A stretch of 64,000 nucleotides of DNA, taken from Squalus acanthias (lineage: Eukaryota). This document shows positions 24,509 to 39,087 of this stretch, in pieces; position 1 is the stretch's first letter; each line of letters begins with the position of its first letter. A program made the translations under genes and the position numbers. The notes beneath the pieces are model-generated. The model was not told the DNA's origin, made no database searches, and saw only the letters and a list, made by a program, of their open reading frames with translations. The DNA is taken from positions 166,534,001 to 166,598,000 of the forward strand of contig CM059425.1 of NCBI GenBank assembly GCA_030390025.1, read 5' to 3'.

Positions 24509-25826
24509 TTACAAAGAGGTAGCAATAAATATGAGTGCCTGGAGTATCCACCAAAGTGGGTCCCAATACACTTCCAATAAGCGGTCTTGGCTTTTAATGG
24601 CATGGACACATTTGAAGGCACTGATACTGATGACTTGGGAGAGAGGCACAGACTAGTTGATATGTAAAATAATTCTTTCTTTCTTTCTTTCTTCTGGTTA
24701 TGCTTCTATGCTGTCAAACTAAGTACACCAGTTTTACAACACATTACATTCAAAGGCAAAGGCTTTGACAGTGGGAGCCATGTGTGACAGCATGGGACTG
24801 GTCAGAAATGACAGCTGGATTACACCCAATCCAACCAAGAGCAGCCACACTGCTTCTGATAGTGTATTCTGCTGCGACTTAGACTGCTTGACCTTGTGGA
24901 AAACAGCAAGTCTGACGAGACAAGGACATATTTCACTTCAAATTGATTCTCCCATGAGGAATTCTCCAACGAATTCTACCCAACTTCAACAGGCACATTC
25001 CAGACATTAACAAGCACTTAACAAGTCCCCATTAAGTTTTCTTTTCTCTGCATTGACTATTTACATCTCAGCATTTTACATATCGGAGGAAATCATAGAA
25101 ATGTGACAATATTACACTTTTTAAAGTAAATTTAAGAAAACTTTCAAGATTTCTATCAGCTTACTCAATTCTCCTTTTTTCCTGCACTTTATACCATGAG
25201 GAACGTGACACCCAGCAGCCTCACTTTACTAGCTTTACAGCCTCCTATCTACGTTTCTGATGCAGACCCTTCCTCAGAACTAAGTAGTTCTGTTTATGTG
25301 GAATCCATTCATTTTGAAAGTAAACAATGATTGTAGAGTTTAAGAGGATGTGTTCGGACTTTATTGAAAATAATAATGAGTATTATTTGGTGTCGAATGT
25401 GATGTGCCACTGCGCCTCTCCCCAGTGCTCTGTGGTATCTCTACTTGTAGTTCTATGTAATGTACTATGGGAAGGAGTATGTGTGGATGCTTCCCGAGAG
25501 GTGTGTGCACACCTGTTTGTGATTTAGCCGGGCAGGCTCAAGAGATTGTGACCCTTACCTGCGGTCAATTAACTCATGATGAGTTCATAAGTTTTTTTAA
25601 CTTATATAAAAAACCTGAAAAACAAATTATATATGGGGTGCACCTTCAAAATGAATACGTAAGGATAATGCCTGACCTTGAATATTACAAAGAGGTAGCA
25701 ATAAATATGAGTGCCTGGAGTATCCACCAAAGTGGGTCCCAATACACTTCCAATAAGCGGTCTTGGCTTTCAATGGCATGGACACATTTGAAGGCACTGA
25801 TACTGATGACTTGGGAGAGAGGCACA
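24509..25826 (+). repeat. Dispersed ~142-bp direct duplication (24509-24650 and 25685-25826)
   Basis: The copies appear identical except one base (TTTTAATGG vs TTTCAATGG). The offset is 1176 bp. Confidence 0.92.
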
Positions 25827-26824
25827 TTTAACTATTATAAAGAAAGCAGTTAGCCAAAGATCTTATTATAGAGTTAAGTTAAGCCGAAGTGCAGATATAA
25901 TCATATTTCACCTCCATTGTCCCAAGACTCACAGGCAGCTCAGGGAGAGGTGATCAATTACTGGATGTACGAGTTTTAAATTCAATTATTCCCTCTGTTC
26001 TGAATTAGATCTCTGGATTTCAGTTTATAGCACTAAGCTACCAATAATGCACCGGAAAATGAAAATAAATAGAAAACAAAATAAAAGCAAAGTTGTAACT
26101 GTTTAAAGGGACAGCTTTTTAAAATTACAGGGATGGAATTCTTTCAGAAGGAAAGCTATTTTTTCCCATCAAATTTACTTGCACCAATGGGCTATATTTC
26201 AGCAGAGCAGACAGAATATTTTCAGCGCAGCATCAGTCACAAGTAACATGAGCGAGTGTATGTTGAAGATCTAATTTTTGCTGAGAGAGTTTTAGACTAT
26301 CATAATTTTTACAATTACTTCCAGCACTATGACATTTGCTAGGAAAACAGTCAATCGATTACTTGCAAATAATTATAAAAGACTTTGATAGATGGCAACA
26401 TTTCCAGGGTGCTGTGATGCAAAGACAGGAGACATTTTCATTTTACTAATTTAAGGAAATTGCTTAGAAATATGAATACTGTGATTTATGATACCTTTTA
26501 GTGGGTATCCTTGGTTTAAAGCGGTGAGTGAAGAATTGGCGCTAATAAGCTCTGCCTCATTTCCTAACAGTCACAAATAAACCTTATAAAATAGTGAAAT
26601 GTATATATACAATGACAAAGGCATGTTAAAAAATCAATTTTCTTAACTCCTTGTCAAGGGTTGTTTCCCCTAACTATTTTTTCATTATAGTTAAGGATCT
26701 ACATTTTCCTCTGTGCTAGGGTTCCCAGTGGGATTGCATTTGGGTAGGACTTTTTTCTGTGGGAGTGTCCTCAGTACTTGCTGCATTAGACCGTGGCTGG
26801 CAGTGCCGGCTGAAGCAAAAATAA

Positions 26825-26960
26825 TTAAGAGAATCAAGGGATATGGGGATAGGGCAGAAAAGTGGAGTTGAGGTAAAAGATCAGCCATGATCTTATTAAA
26901 TGGCGGAGCAGTCTTGAGGGGCCGTATGGTCTACTCCTGCTCCTATTTCTTATGTTCTTA
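26825..26960 (+). mobile_element. CR1 3' terminal fragment
   Basis: ATCAAGGGATATGGGG...CTACTCCTGCTCCTATTTCTTATGTTCTTA. Confidence 0.8.
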
Positions 26961-27523
26961 ATTTTGTTCGCCTAATCTCACGTGTTGCCTATTATAATCG
27001 ATCGTTTGATTGCACTAAGCAAGGAGACCCTCACCTCCTTAGTAATGCTGGACTCCTGGAAAAGAAGAACATTCCTGATACAGGGTGTTACTAAGGAGTT
27101 GACAGGAAATATATCGGATGATGTATTCCTGCCATTGAGCTATAATTTGTATACAGGTGTGTGTATATTCAATGCTCACCATCACTGCTGTCAAAAAAAT
27201 CCAGGAAGTGGTGATGGATGTTGGGAAGCTGGTGGAATGGTTCCCCTGACACATTTTCCAATCTAGTCTGGTCGCAAACTGCTGGAAACCAGGTGACAAT
27301 TCTGAGAAAAATTCCAGCTTCAAAAGTGATCACTTTGAAAGCTTTTGCATCTGTATTTTTTCTGCTTATATACGGAGTTAGTTGACTATCAGGAAGACAG
27401 CAATAGGACACCATTCCTGACCCACACTAGGCCCCGATTTTAACTCCAGGTGGATTCCCCGCTCAGGCCTGAGTTAAAATTACAGTCGGGTCTCAATGAT
27501 GTCATCAGGCCGTAACATGCATA

Positions 27524-29211
27524 GAATTACATAGGATAAACAGCACAGAAACTGGCCATTTGGCCCAAACAGTCCATGCCAGCCTTTATGCTCCACTCGA
27601 GCCTCCTCCTGTCTTTCCTCATCTAAATCTATCAGCGTAACCCTCTATTCCCTTCTCCCTCATATGGTTGTCCAACCACCCCTTAAATACATCTATACTA
27701 TTCGCTTCAACCACTCCCTGTGGTAGCGAGTTCCACATTCTCACCACACTTTGGGTAAAGAAGTTTCTTCTGAATTCCCTATTGGATTTCTTGGTGACTA
27801 TCTTATATTGATGGCCTCTAGTTATGCTCTTCCCCACAAGTGGAAACATTATCTCTGTAGCCACTCTATCAAAACCTTTCACAATTTTAAAGACCTCTAT
27901 TAGGTCACCCCTCAGCCTTTTTTCAAGAGAAAAGAGACCCAGCCTGTTCATCCTTTCCTGATATGTATACCCTCGCATTTCTGGTATCATCCTTGTAAAT
28001 CATCTCTGCACCCTCTCCAGTGCCTCTATATCCTTTTTATAATATGGCAACCAGAACTGCACGTCTAACCAAGGTTCGATACAGGTTTAGCATAACTTCC
28101 CTACTTTTCAATTCTATACCTCTAGAAATAAACCCTAGTGCTTGGTTTGCTATTTTTATGGCCTTGCTAACCTGTGGCGCAACTTTTAGTGATTTGTGTA
28201 TTTGTACTCCGAGATCCCTTTGTTCCTCTACCCCAACTAGATTCGCACCCTCCAAGTAATAAGTGACCTCCCTATTCTTCCTACCAAAATGTAATACCTC
28301 ACATTTATCTGTGTTGAACTTCATTTGCCAATTATTTGCCCATTCTGCAAGTTTATTAATGTCCTCCTGTAATTTGTTGCAGTCGTCCTCAGTATTGACT
28401 ATTCCACCCCCCAATTTGGTATCATCCGCAAATTTAGAAATTGTGTTTTTGATTCCAAAGTCTAAATCATTAATGTAAATTGTGAACATCAGTGGTCCCA
28501 GCACTGATCTTTGTGGAACACCACTACCCACCTTCTGCCACTGTGAATAGCTACCCTTTACTCCCACTCTCTGCTTTCTGTCTTGAAGCCAGCCAGCAAT
28601 CCATTCTGCAATCCCCTGACTCTGCATTCTCTGACCTTATTCATTAGTCTATTATGGGGTACCTTATTGAAGGCCTTTTGAAAATCTAGATATATTACAT
28701 CTACTATATTACCATTGTCTACTCTCTCTACTACCTCTTCAAAAAATTCAATGAGGTTGGTCAAGTAAGATTTTCCCTTTTGAAATCTATGCTGACTATT
28801 CAATGTTATACTTTTTGTTTCTAGATGTTCTTCTATTTTCTCCCTTAGTAGGGATTCCATTATTTTTCCTACCACCGATGTTAAGCTGACTGGTCTATAA
28901 TTCCCTGGACATGTTCTATCCCCCTTCTTAAATATAATGATTACGTTAGCTATCCACCAGTCCTCTGGCACTACACCTTTTTCTAACAAATTATTAAATA
29001 TGTGTAGTAAGGCATGTTATCTCTTCCCTAGATTCTTTTAAAATGTGTGGATGCAATCCATCCGGACATGGGGTTTTATCCTCTTTGAGTTTGATTAGTT
29101 TATTTAATATAGCCCCTTTTTTATTTTAAATGCACTTATCTCATTACTCATCTCATCATCCAATGTCATGTCCACCTGTTCTATCTCCCTGGTAAATACT
29201 GAAGCAAAAAA
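27524..29211 (-). mobile_element. 5'-truncated CR1 inserted into a Harbinger-type MITE (~27430-29392)
   Basis: RT motifs PGNYRPVSLTS, YLDFQKAF and KFADD. The direct repeat ATGCATA lies at 27517-27523 and 29212-29218. The outer ends are GGCCCCGATTTTAA and TTAAAATCAGCCCC. Confidence 0.82.
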
Positions 29212-31711
29212 ATGCATATGTAAAGAAGGACCCTGTTGGCTCCGGCCATGTGTCCTTGCTGGCTGCTCAGGAGAGCAGGTTAAAATTGCAGATGTTGCAA
29301 TCATGGCAGCTTTTGGACAGGTAAGAGCCAGGGTGATTTTAATTGCCCACCCGCCAGATTTCTGCTGAGTGAGTAGGCTTAAAATCAGCCCCTGGGGATG
29401 AAATGGGACTGCTGCATCTTTTGTCACAGCCATATTCCCAGTGATGAGAAGAAATATGCTGAAAAGAGGTCAGAGCAGTGTAAAAGTATATTAACCCCAT
29501 AAGTGTTTTTATAAAGGAAGTTTAGGTATTTATTAAGTTAAACAGATGGTGCCCACTTTATTAACTTTAAAAGCTTTTGAAAACATTGAAAGCGCAAGTC
29601 TTCACAAAATTATCTTTTCTACTTCAATTGTAAAATGCCTGCCAAAAAGGTCCGATGTTCTAAAGGTCATGTGACAGATGTGATATTTTGCATAATTATG
29701 ACACAAGAGATGAATGAATTATGATAGCAACTGGTTTTTCATTAGAAAATATTGCAATGTTACTTATCTGAAATTTTCCAATCAAAATAGATGACATTAT
29801 TTATTTTTTTATAAGGAACTGTGTGGCAGTAACATGCATCTCATCCATAAGAATGAGCGACATGGCATGCCTATTAATAAGGGTGATATGTTAATTGTGC
29901 ATTATTAATCCCTTATCTACTTTTTACAACACCAAAGGCTAGACAGATTTATAATGGGCAGTGAACTTCTATGAAATGAAGTGACATAAAAAGTTAATCA
30001 TAACATATGAGAGAAATGCCGCTCCATTACTGCATAGGGATGGCCTTTGGCTATTGATTGTCCTCATGGGTAAAAAACATGAGAAAATATCCCCAAACAC
30101 AAACAAATTAGCAAGAAAACACTTCATTTTATAAATACATTTTGATTTATATTCATATTATTTTTTAAATCCAAAAAATTAGCACAAAAATGCATGTTGA
30201 TTGAAGAGATTATCAGTCATATATTTCCCACTGCAGTTTCCTCCCGTGGCCCTAATTAAGGATGCAGGGCAGGTTTGGAGTGGTAATACTGCTCCTGATA
30301 GGATTATCACCACTGAGATGGAGGGGAATTCAGTTCTGCTGCAGCCTGTTTAATCTGTTATCCGGCAGCTGACAGTTTTGGATTGCTAATCCAACAACAT
30401 AACCACAACATTACTGTACCTGTTATAAGTATCCTAATTGATCTATAAATGGAGCTCCAGCATCCAGCAACGTCCAGAAGTCTCCCAGGTATAGTCCTAA
30501 AATGTCAATATGGAAAATTATAAATAAAACAAACAATTCAGTGGAATTCTAAAACTGCTACACTATGGTTAGTTTAGTTTTGTTTCACCTGGCTGATTGT
30601 ATCCCTGATTAGATTTCCTTTGTGGATATTATTGCTTTTTTTACTGTTCCTCTCTACCTCCCATGCTGTGCATTTTTATCTTGGTGGATACTAACTTCAT
30701 ATTCTGCATCAGTTACAATATTAATTTGCAGATTGCCAATGGTAGAATATTAGTGATTCCACCAACACTAATTAAGATATAACATTCCTTTAAAATACAT
30801 AGACAACTATAGTTACAGCATTTGGTGGAATGAAAGCATTCCCGAAGATATGAGCTGTGTTACTAAGTTTGTTCTTGTATCAAATATTGCCATTGAAATG
30901 GGACCAGGAAGCAATGCTGTAGGATTCCTCAGGAAGCTCTGTTCAGTGCTGGCTTGTATTCAATTAAATTAATAAAGTCCTGAGGTTATTCGCCAGGATG
31001 TGGGTGTAACTGCAAGGGAGCAGGAAGAAAAAAAATGCAAGCGAATGATTCCTGGGAAGTCACTGCTAAGGCCAGATTGGGATGGAGAAGTGTAGCGTAT
31101 GATGGAGTTCGGCAGTTTGAGGAAATCATTATTACCAACGTCAAGGCCTAGTGAGAGATGGAAATAACAGATCTCAGTCGGAGCATTGAGATACAAGTGA
31201 CTACTGTGATGATTGTGAGACAGCCCGCAGATGCTAGCTGGGTTTGGTAAGCCACCAGCATGCTATCAACATAAATGTAAAGGCTAACCTGTCTCACAAT
31301 TATTACCGTTGACACAATGAAACTGTCATTGTTTTTAAGATACAGCTTTAATTAAATATCCTTAATTTTAGATTTATTGCCTGTCTAATGTTTGATTATA
31401 ATTGAATTTCATAATTGCAATTAAATATTGTCAATGTGATGCTAATTATATCTTCATAAGATTTTAATTAAATCACTTTGACATAGTGTTAATGAAATGC
31501 TAATGTTCATGTTAAAGTCATATTCATGCTTTGCTGCTCTTAAAACCTTATTCCATGGGTATCTGCTCCTCTCATTTCTCTCACTGCCTGCTTGGTGTGC
31601 TCATTGTCTGGTTTTCCATCCATGGGCAATCCTTATGTCACTATATGTGCCCTGCTGCTTGTATGTGGACAGACAGAATGTGTGAATGGACTGAGTGTGT
31701 GAGAGAGTATG

Positions 31712-32172
31712 AAAAAGAAAAGAAAGACTTGCATTTATGTAGCGCCTTTCACGACCACCAGACGTCCCAAAGTGCTTTACAGCCAATGAAGTACTTTTGA
31801 AGTGTAGTATTGTTGTAATGTAGAAAATGCAGCAGCAAATTTGTACACAGCAAGCTCCCACAAACAGCAATGTGATAATGACCAGATAATCTGTTTCAGT
31901 GATGTTGATTGAGGGATAAATATTAGCCTGGACACCAAGGATAACTCCGCTGCTATTCTTTGAAATAGTAATTTGGGATATTTTATGTCCACCTGTGAGA
32001 GTAGACGGGACCTCCTTTTAACAGATCATCTGAAAGATGGCACCTCTGACACTGCACTGGAGTGTCAGCCTAAATTTTTGTGCTCAAGTCCCTGGGGTTG
32101 GACTCTGAACTCTGAACTCACAACCTCCTGACTCAGGGGCAAGAATGCTACCAACTGAGCCACAGCTGACAC
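31712..32172 (-). mobile_element. tRNA-derived SINE with an L2-type tail (DeuSINE/SacSINE1-like)
   Basis: Minus-strand A box TGGCTCAGTTGG and B-box-like GAGTTCAGAGTCC. The tail GAAAGGCGCTACATAAATGCAAGTCTTTC is shared with the L2 3' ends. Confidence 0.8.
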
Positions 32173-32416
32173 TCAATGGAAAGTGTGAGAAGGTGTGCAG
32201 AAAAAGAACATTAGAACCACGATAGTATATGTATCTATCGCTGTATGTCTTTTGACTGTAAGGAAAATTGTGGGTAAAAGCTTCATTAGTTTTGTCAGCA
32301 TATTGGACCGCCTTCATGGTAAACGTGAGTCATTAACTGATGCATGTACCTGCACTGTGACATTTCACTCATGTACACAGCCAGAGACAGGAAAGTGTTC
32401 ACACAGGTAACACTAT

Positions 32417-34769
32417 GGGGGGAATTTTGCGGGGGGTCAGAGGGCGCGATCGGAGGTGGATCGGGTGGGAAAACGGTTTTGTTTGACAGTGGGTTGGGAC
32501 ACTGCTGTCAACCTACCGCCACGTGCCTTTCCCAAATGTCGGGTCTGTCAGCACTGAGCAGACCCAACACGCAGCGGCAGGGGAGGCAACTCAGGTCATT
32601 ATGACCATGTTAGCAGAGGATTAAGAACAATTTTCAGGTCACCTTCAGAGTTTACCAGGTCGTCCACGGGGTCCACACTGCTCGGCGATCACATCAGGTA
32701 AGCAGGTCGGGAGTTGAATGGCCATGGAATCATCCCATTACTAGACAGCTGGAAATGTGCTATAAAAGCTCCCATCTCACAGCTGTTCACCTTCCAAGCT
32801 CAGAAGCTGTTGATTACTGCATTTGGAAGACAGATTGAGCTTTATGCAGGTTGCAAGTGTTTGGAGCAAACTCTCTATCCAGTGTCACCTCATTGGAACA
32901 ATCTCTCTCACCATTGACAGATCGCTTCTGTCATCTCTACTTCACCTGCCATCTATTATATTAGAATGGGAACAGTCTATACTGTCTCCCCTTGGTCCTC
33001 AGAATCTCATCACGATCAGCCCCAACACCAGCAGCACCAGGCACACCAGCAGCACCAACAACAACACCAACCTTTTCCGCAACCACCTGATGCTGCACAG
33101 GACACAGGGCATCAGCACCCAACCACATTGCTGCCCGGGAGGCTAGGGATGGCCTCACCATGGCCAGATTTACTTCACTTGATGCTGTACACCCTGGCTA
33201 CCACATGATGCGGCAGGTTGGCACCACCCCACACCAACACCAAAAAGCATCCCTACAATGCCCAAGCCATTCCTTTCACACTCATGACCATAGCGGGGAG
33301 TACCGTTATTTCTCATCATTCACTGCAACTCACTAAGCCACTTCCAAAGGTGCACACAAATCTGTCCAACAACGCAAAGTGTTGAAGATAAAGGGGGAAA
33401 AATTCAGTGGTGCCATCTTTGGGGCGCTAACTTCACCGGGGCGCTACTTTTAGCACCCCTGCGCCGTAAATTCAGTGGTAGCGCCCCAAGCAGGAGGCGG
33501 GGCACTACTGGAAGTGCTCCCCCTTCTTCCTGGGGTGCTACCAGTGAATATCGCAGCGCTACGTGCAACAGCGCCACGCACGTCAGAACGTAGCGTTGCG
33601 CTATTGCAGGCCTCCCTCCTCTGATTAAGAGGTGTGCCGGGCTGAGCAATCATGGACGGCACCCGGAATATAAGAGGGGAAGGGAGCAGGTGCTGGCCGC
33701 CCAACACCTGCCCTTTAAATTGCGCCGCTGCGGTTGCAAAAACGTCACCCTGACCCTATCGGACATATCATCCGGCGATAGGTCAGGGGGCGCAGCTCAA
33801 ATTTGTGGCCGGTGCACGAGCGGGGCGCTACCGGCTACCGCTGCTGCTAACCACCCGCTGAATTTCGCGGGAGGCATTAGCGGTGCCGCGCCCGGGCACT
33901 AGGTGCTTTGCCCTGGGGGCGCTAACGGGAGGCGCAAAACAACCCAATTTTTCCCCCAAAGGTTTCAATGTTTGACAGCACATTCACAGAAACTTTACAT
34001 GAACATTGCATAAAACACCCAAGTGTGTACCCTTGTGTGTTGTTAGTTGGTATGATTGAACTAGGATGAGGGTGAGTGTGAGGGTGGCTAGTGTGATGGG
34101 GATGTGATAATGCAGATAGAGAGGGATGGATGGAGGTGCAAGGTAAGTTGGTGTGAGTAAGGATGTGCAGGAGTAGGGTAGGGAAGGCAGAGTGATGGGG
34201 ATGTGATGAGTGACACAGGAGGATGAGGTTGAGTGTGGCTTTGCAGTAACGTTTCGTGATCTACTGAGATCATTGAAAGGTTTGCGACACTGCAGCCTGG
34301 TTGTCCTGACGATATCCCTGCTTGTGTCCTCTGGTGCAATGTGCAACCAGGCTACGTTAGTCTCCTGGGGCGGTCTCTTCCGCCCATGGGAAGGGAAGAG
34401 AACCTCCCTGCGTGCTGTGATTCGCTCCATAGCGTATGGAGGGAGTCATGGGAGAGCCTGGATGCAGCCATGCACCTCTGTACAGTGCGTGTCAGTGTTT
34501 GCTGCACCTCAATGCTGTAGAACACTGACAGCACAAATGTCAAAATCAATTTGCGCATGGTCCCTTTAAGGAAACCGCCTGATGAAGCGTCATCAAATGA
34601 CGTCATCAGACCCGCTTCCTTCAATTGGCCGGTAAACGCGCTGGGCGGGCTTAACAAGCCCAATCAGGGGAAAATCATTTTGGACAGCGGGCTGGAGCCG
34701 GCAGCGAGGCCGGGACCCATCACCGATTTCGTCCACCACTGACCCGCCGAGGTTAGTAAAATCCAGCCC
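32417..34769 (-). mobile_element. Non-autonomous Harbinger, family 2, copy B (inverted), containing a nested MITE
   Basis: Ends are GGGGGGAATTTT and AAAATCCAGCCC, with a perfect TAT TSD (32414-32416, 34770-34772). Decayed Myb ORF at 33984-34430. Confidence 0.9.
33393..33957 (-). mobile_element. Harbinger MITE (565 bp) with termini like the autonomous element
   Basis: Perfect TIR GGGGGAAAAATT and TSD AAA. The subterminal GCGCCTCCCGTTAGCGCC is shared with 948-966. The empty site is visible in copies A and C. Confidence 0.9.
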
Positions 34770-35249
34770 TATGTCTATTTCCAGGTTCCATTCTTCCTCC
34801 AAAGTGGTGGCATTGAGTCCAGTGAAACTTAATTTCGGCTACTCAGTTTAAAATACAACGATGTTTCTGAACATCCTAATAAATTGTCAAGCAGCTTCTT
34901 GTTCTGAAATGTCAAATTTTGAAAGCACAAAAGAATGATGGCAGGTTATTGCGGGTTTGAGAAGTGGAAGTGGCTGTATTACAACGAGAACATTGACTGT
35001 ACATTTTGTTTCCTAGTGTGAAAGTCTCTTGTGTTAAACAGGTTACAATTCCAATTCTGGATTTTTATTTAATTTCTAAAGGCTATATAAACTGGCAAAA
35101 TACACGTGTTACTTTCGGAAATCATGAATTAACCAAAAGGCACAAAGTGTGCTTAAGGTTGTATTTAATGTTTCCAGGTTATTCCAGGATGTTGGGGAAC
35201 ACATGGAAGAAAAGAAAATTCAGCACTGTTATCTAAAAATGGTTTCCAA

Positions 35250-37485
35250 ATCCCAAATGCGTAGCCTTTGGCCCTCCATTCACCACGACATTTCTGCAGC
35301 TACCGATCTGCTCAATCATACCCACACCTCCACCTTTGATGCCCTAGTCCCCACTAAAACCATTACTCTCCCTCTCACCCTGGCCATTCCCCCTGGTACA
35401 GCCCTCATCTCCGCTCCCTTAAGTCCAAGGGACGCATACTCGATCGGATATGGTGGACAACTGGTTTAACCATTCACCGCCAGATGTGACTGGACCACAT
35501 AAAACACTATCGGGTCCTGCTCTCATCTGCAATAACTGCTCACTATTCCAGCATTCTCCTGGAATGCAAAGATAACCCCCGGCTTCTTTTCTCTATTGCA
35601 AACCATCTTCTTAAATCCCTCTCCCCAGTCTCCTCCACCCTCACCTCAAACAACAAGTGCGAGGAGCTCATGGACTTCTTTGTCTCTAAGGTTGAGACCA
35701 TCCGATCAGCTGCCTCTGCCACTTCCCTCCCTTTCCCTTGTCCACCAGGCTAAACCTCTGCTAAGGATCCCCTCTGCCCTAGCCTTGAACTCGCATCTTT
35801 CTCCAGTTTCTCTCTGATCTCCCCTCATGCCCTCTCTGAGCTCACCTTGTCCATGATACTCCCCTCTTGCTCCCTCAACCCTATTCCCACCAAACTGCTG
35901 ACCACCCAACTTCCGTTTCTGGCTCCCATGTTAGCCGATATCGTTAATGGTTCTCTCTCCTCAGGTACTGTCCCCCTCTCCTTCAAATCTGCTGTCATCG
36001 CCCCTCTCCTCAAAAAACCCAACCCTTGACCCCTCTATCCTTGCAAACTATCGCCCTATCTCCAACCTCCCTTTCCTCTCCAAAGTCTTTGAATGTGCTG
36101 TCACCTCCCAAATCCGTGCCCATCTTTCCCGCAACTCCATGTTTGAATCCCTCCAATCAGGTTTTCCCCCCGCCATAGTACCGAAACGGCTCTCATCAAA
36201 GTCATAAATGACATCCTCTGTGACTGTGACAAAGGTAAACTGTCCCTCCTCATCCTTCTTGACTTGTCTGCAGCCTTTGACACAGTTGACCACTCCATCC
36301 TTCTCCAACGCCTCTCCACCGTCGTCCAGCTGGGTGGAACTGGTTCCATTCTTATCTATCTAATCGTAACCAGAGAATCACCTGCACCGGCTTCTTTTCC
36401 CGCTCCCACTCTGCTACCTCTGGTGTCTCCCAAGGATCTATCCTTGGCCCCCTCCTATTTCTCATCTACATGCTGCCCCTCGGCAACATCATCCGAAAAC
36501 ACAGCGTCAGTTTCCACATGTATGCTGATGACACCCAGCTCTACCTCACCACCACCTCCCTCGAATCTTTCACTGTCTCTAAATTGTCAGACTGCTTGTC
36601 CAACATCCAATACTGGATGAGCAGAAATTTCCTACAACTAAATGTTGGGAAGACCGAAGCAATTGTCTTTGGTCCCCACCACAAACTCCATTCCCTAGCC
36701 ACCAACTCCATTTGTTGCCCTGGCAACTGTCTGAGGCTGAAGCAGACTGTTCGCAACCTGGGTGTCATATTTGACCCTGAGATGAGCTTCCGACCACATA
36801 TCCACGCCATCACTAAGATGGCCTATTTCCACCTCCGTAACATCGCCCGATTCCACCCTGTCTCAGCTCATCTGCTGCTGAAATCCTCATCCATGCCTTT
36901 GTTACCTCTAGACTTGACTATTCCAACGCACTCCTGGCTGGCTTCTCACTTTCTACCCTTCGTAAACTTGAGGTCATCCAAATTCCTGCTGCCCGTGACC
37001 TAACTCGCATTAAGTCCTGTTCACCCATCACCCCTGTGCTTGCAGACCTACATTGGCTCCCGGTTAAGCAATGCCTCGATTTTAAAATTCTCATCCTTGT
37101 TTCCAAATCCCTCCATGGCATCGCCCCTCCCCATCTCTGCAACCTCCTCCAGCCCTACAACCCTCTGAGATACCTGCGCCCGTCCAATTCTGGCCTCTTG
37201 AGATGCCCCGATTTTAATTGCTCCACCATTGGCAGCCGTGCCTTCAGCTGCCAAGGCCTGAAGCTCTGGAATTCTTTCCCTAAACCTCTCCGCCTCTCTA
37301 ACTCTCTTTCCTCCTTTAAGATGCTAATTAAAACCTACCTCTTTGACAAAGCTTTTGGCCATCTGCCATAATATCTCCTTATGTGGCTTGGTGTCAAATT
37401 TTGTTTGATAACGCTATTGTGAAGGGCCTTGGGAAGTTTTACTACGTTAAAGGCGCTATATAAATACAAGTTGTTGTTATTGTTC
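35250..37485 (+). mobile_element. L2 LINE, 5'-truncated (RT and 3' end)
   Basis: [38 protein letters not shown] and LHWLPVKQ..FKIL motifs, with a (GTT)n tail. Confidence 0.92.
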
Positions 37486-39087
37486 AAAATATGCAGTTCC
37501 TGGCATAGCATTATTGGTTTTATACAGAAATGAGGCTGAGAGATTGCTTTATTCAGATTATTGAATACCAGGATAAAGAGAATCCTAGACTATCTGGACA
37601 GAAAGAAAAGTAAAACAGATATATTACCAGGTGTGCAGAATGAAATGTGACAAGTGTTAAGCTTACAATTCTCAGGTATAATTACTGATAATGTACATGC
37701 TGTTCCTTTCTGCTATGTTATTATAGATGGAACTAAAGCTTCTGTAACAAACAACAGACAGTTATTTATGTTCAAAGGGTTGAATAAATTAGGGAACACT
37801 GGTGCAACTTGCTAAAGATGTTTTGCTGCATTCTAATCTCTGTGCTATGATGCTGCTGCGCCTATAAAGTGAGGAGTGGCCCCGCAAGTAGCTGACACTA
37901 AACCCAGAGTGAACCCTTGCAGCTAAAATTTGCTAAGTGAGAGAGAAGCTGAACTCAGACAATTGATTTCACAAAGAATCTGTCTGATGGCAACAAAACA
38001 TTTTCTCAATTGTGGAGGTTTTGATACATTGATCCTAGTAATACCAGCCACTAACAGTCAGTGAATGCTCATTCAGTGCCTTGAGACTTATTAAAAAAAT
38101 CTCTGTTCAAGCATGAAACAAGACTTGAACACCTACTGTTTCTTCACGTCAGCAAGTCTGTGACAGACAGCTTGGATCTTGTGCAATTTGCCGATAATTT
38201 TGTTCATGGATGTGAAAAGCCCTTTCCCCGAGTGTATTCATAAATTGGGCTGATACTCAACTGTAGCACTGAGGGAGTCCTTCAGGTGAACTGTTGAACA
38301 GACGTTCTGTCTGCTTGTTCCAGTGTGTTCAGATGGTAATATTTAAGGTAAAGGAAGGAGTACTCATAGAATAGAATCATAGAATCGTTACAGCACAAAA
38401 GGAGGCCATTCGGCCCATCGAGCCCGTGCCGGCTCTCTGCAAGAGCACTTCAGCAAGTCCCACTCCACTGCCCTTTCCCCGTAGCCCTGCAAATTATTTT
38501 CCTTCAGGTACTTATCTAACTCCCTTTTGAAAGCCGTGATTGAGTCTGCCTCCACCATCCTTTCAGGCATTGCATTCCAGATCCTAACCACTCGCTGAGT
38601 AATGAAGTTTTTCCTCATGTCGCCTTTGGTTCTTCTGCCAATCACCTTAAATCTGTTTCCTCTGGTTCTCGGCCCTTCCGCCAATGGGAACAGTTTCCCT
38701 CTATCTACTCTGTCTAGACTCCTCATGATTTTGAACACTTCTATCAAATCTCCTCTCAATCTTCCCTGCTCTAAGGAGAACAACCCCAGCTACTCCAGTC
38801 TATCCACATAACTGAAGTCCCTCATCCCTGGAACCATTCTTGTAAATCTTTTCTGCACCCTCTCTAAGGCCTTCACATCTTTCCTAAAGTGTGGTGCCCA
38901 GAATTGGACACAGTACTCCAGTTGAGGCCGAACCAGTGTTTTATAAAGGTTCATCATATCTTCCTTGCTTTTGTACTCTATGCCTCTATTTATAAATCAT
39001 GATGTGGAGATGCCGGTGTTGGACTGGGGTGGACAAAATTGAGAGGTCGCACAACACCAGGTTATAGTCCAACAGTTTTATTTTAAA

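Noticed and set aside
24509..25826. LTR pair, CRISPR-like array or duplicated exon
   Set aside because: There are only two copies, no TG...CA ends or PBS, and no convincing splice pair or recognisable peptide.
26982..27414. Host exon candidates (also near 11930, 24800, 59870 and 60450)
   Set aside because: Isolated splice-like motifs are present, but there is no recognisable protein and no consistent acceptor-donor pair.
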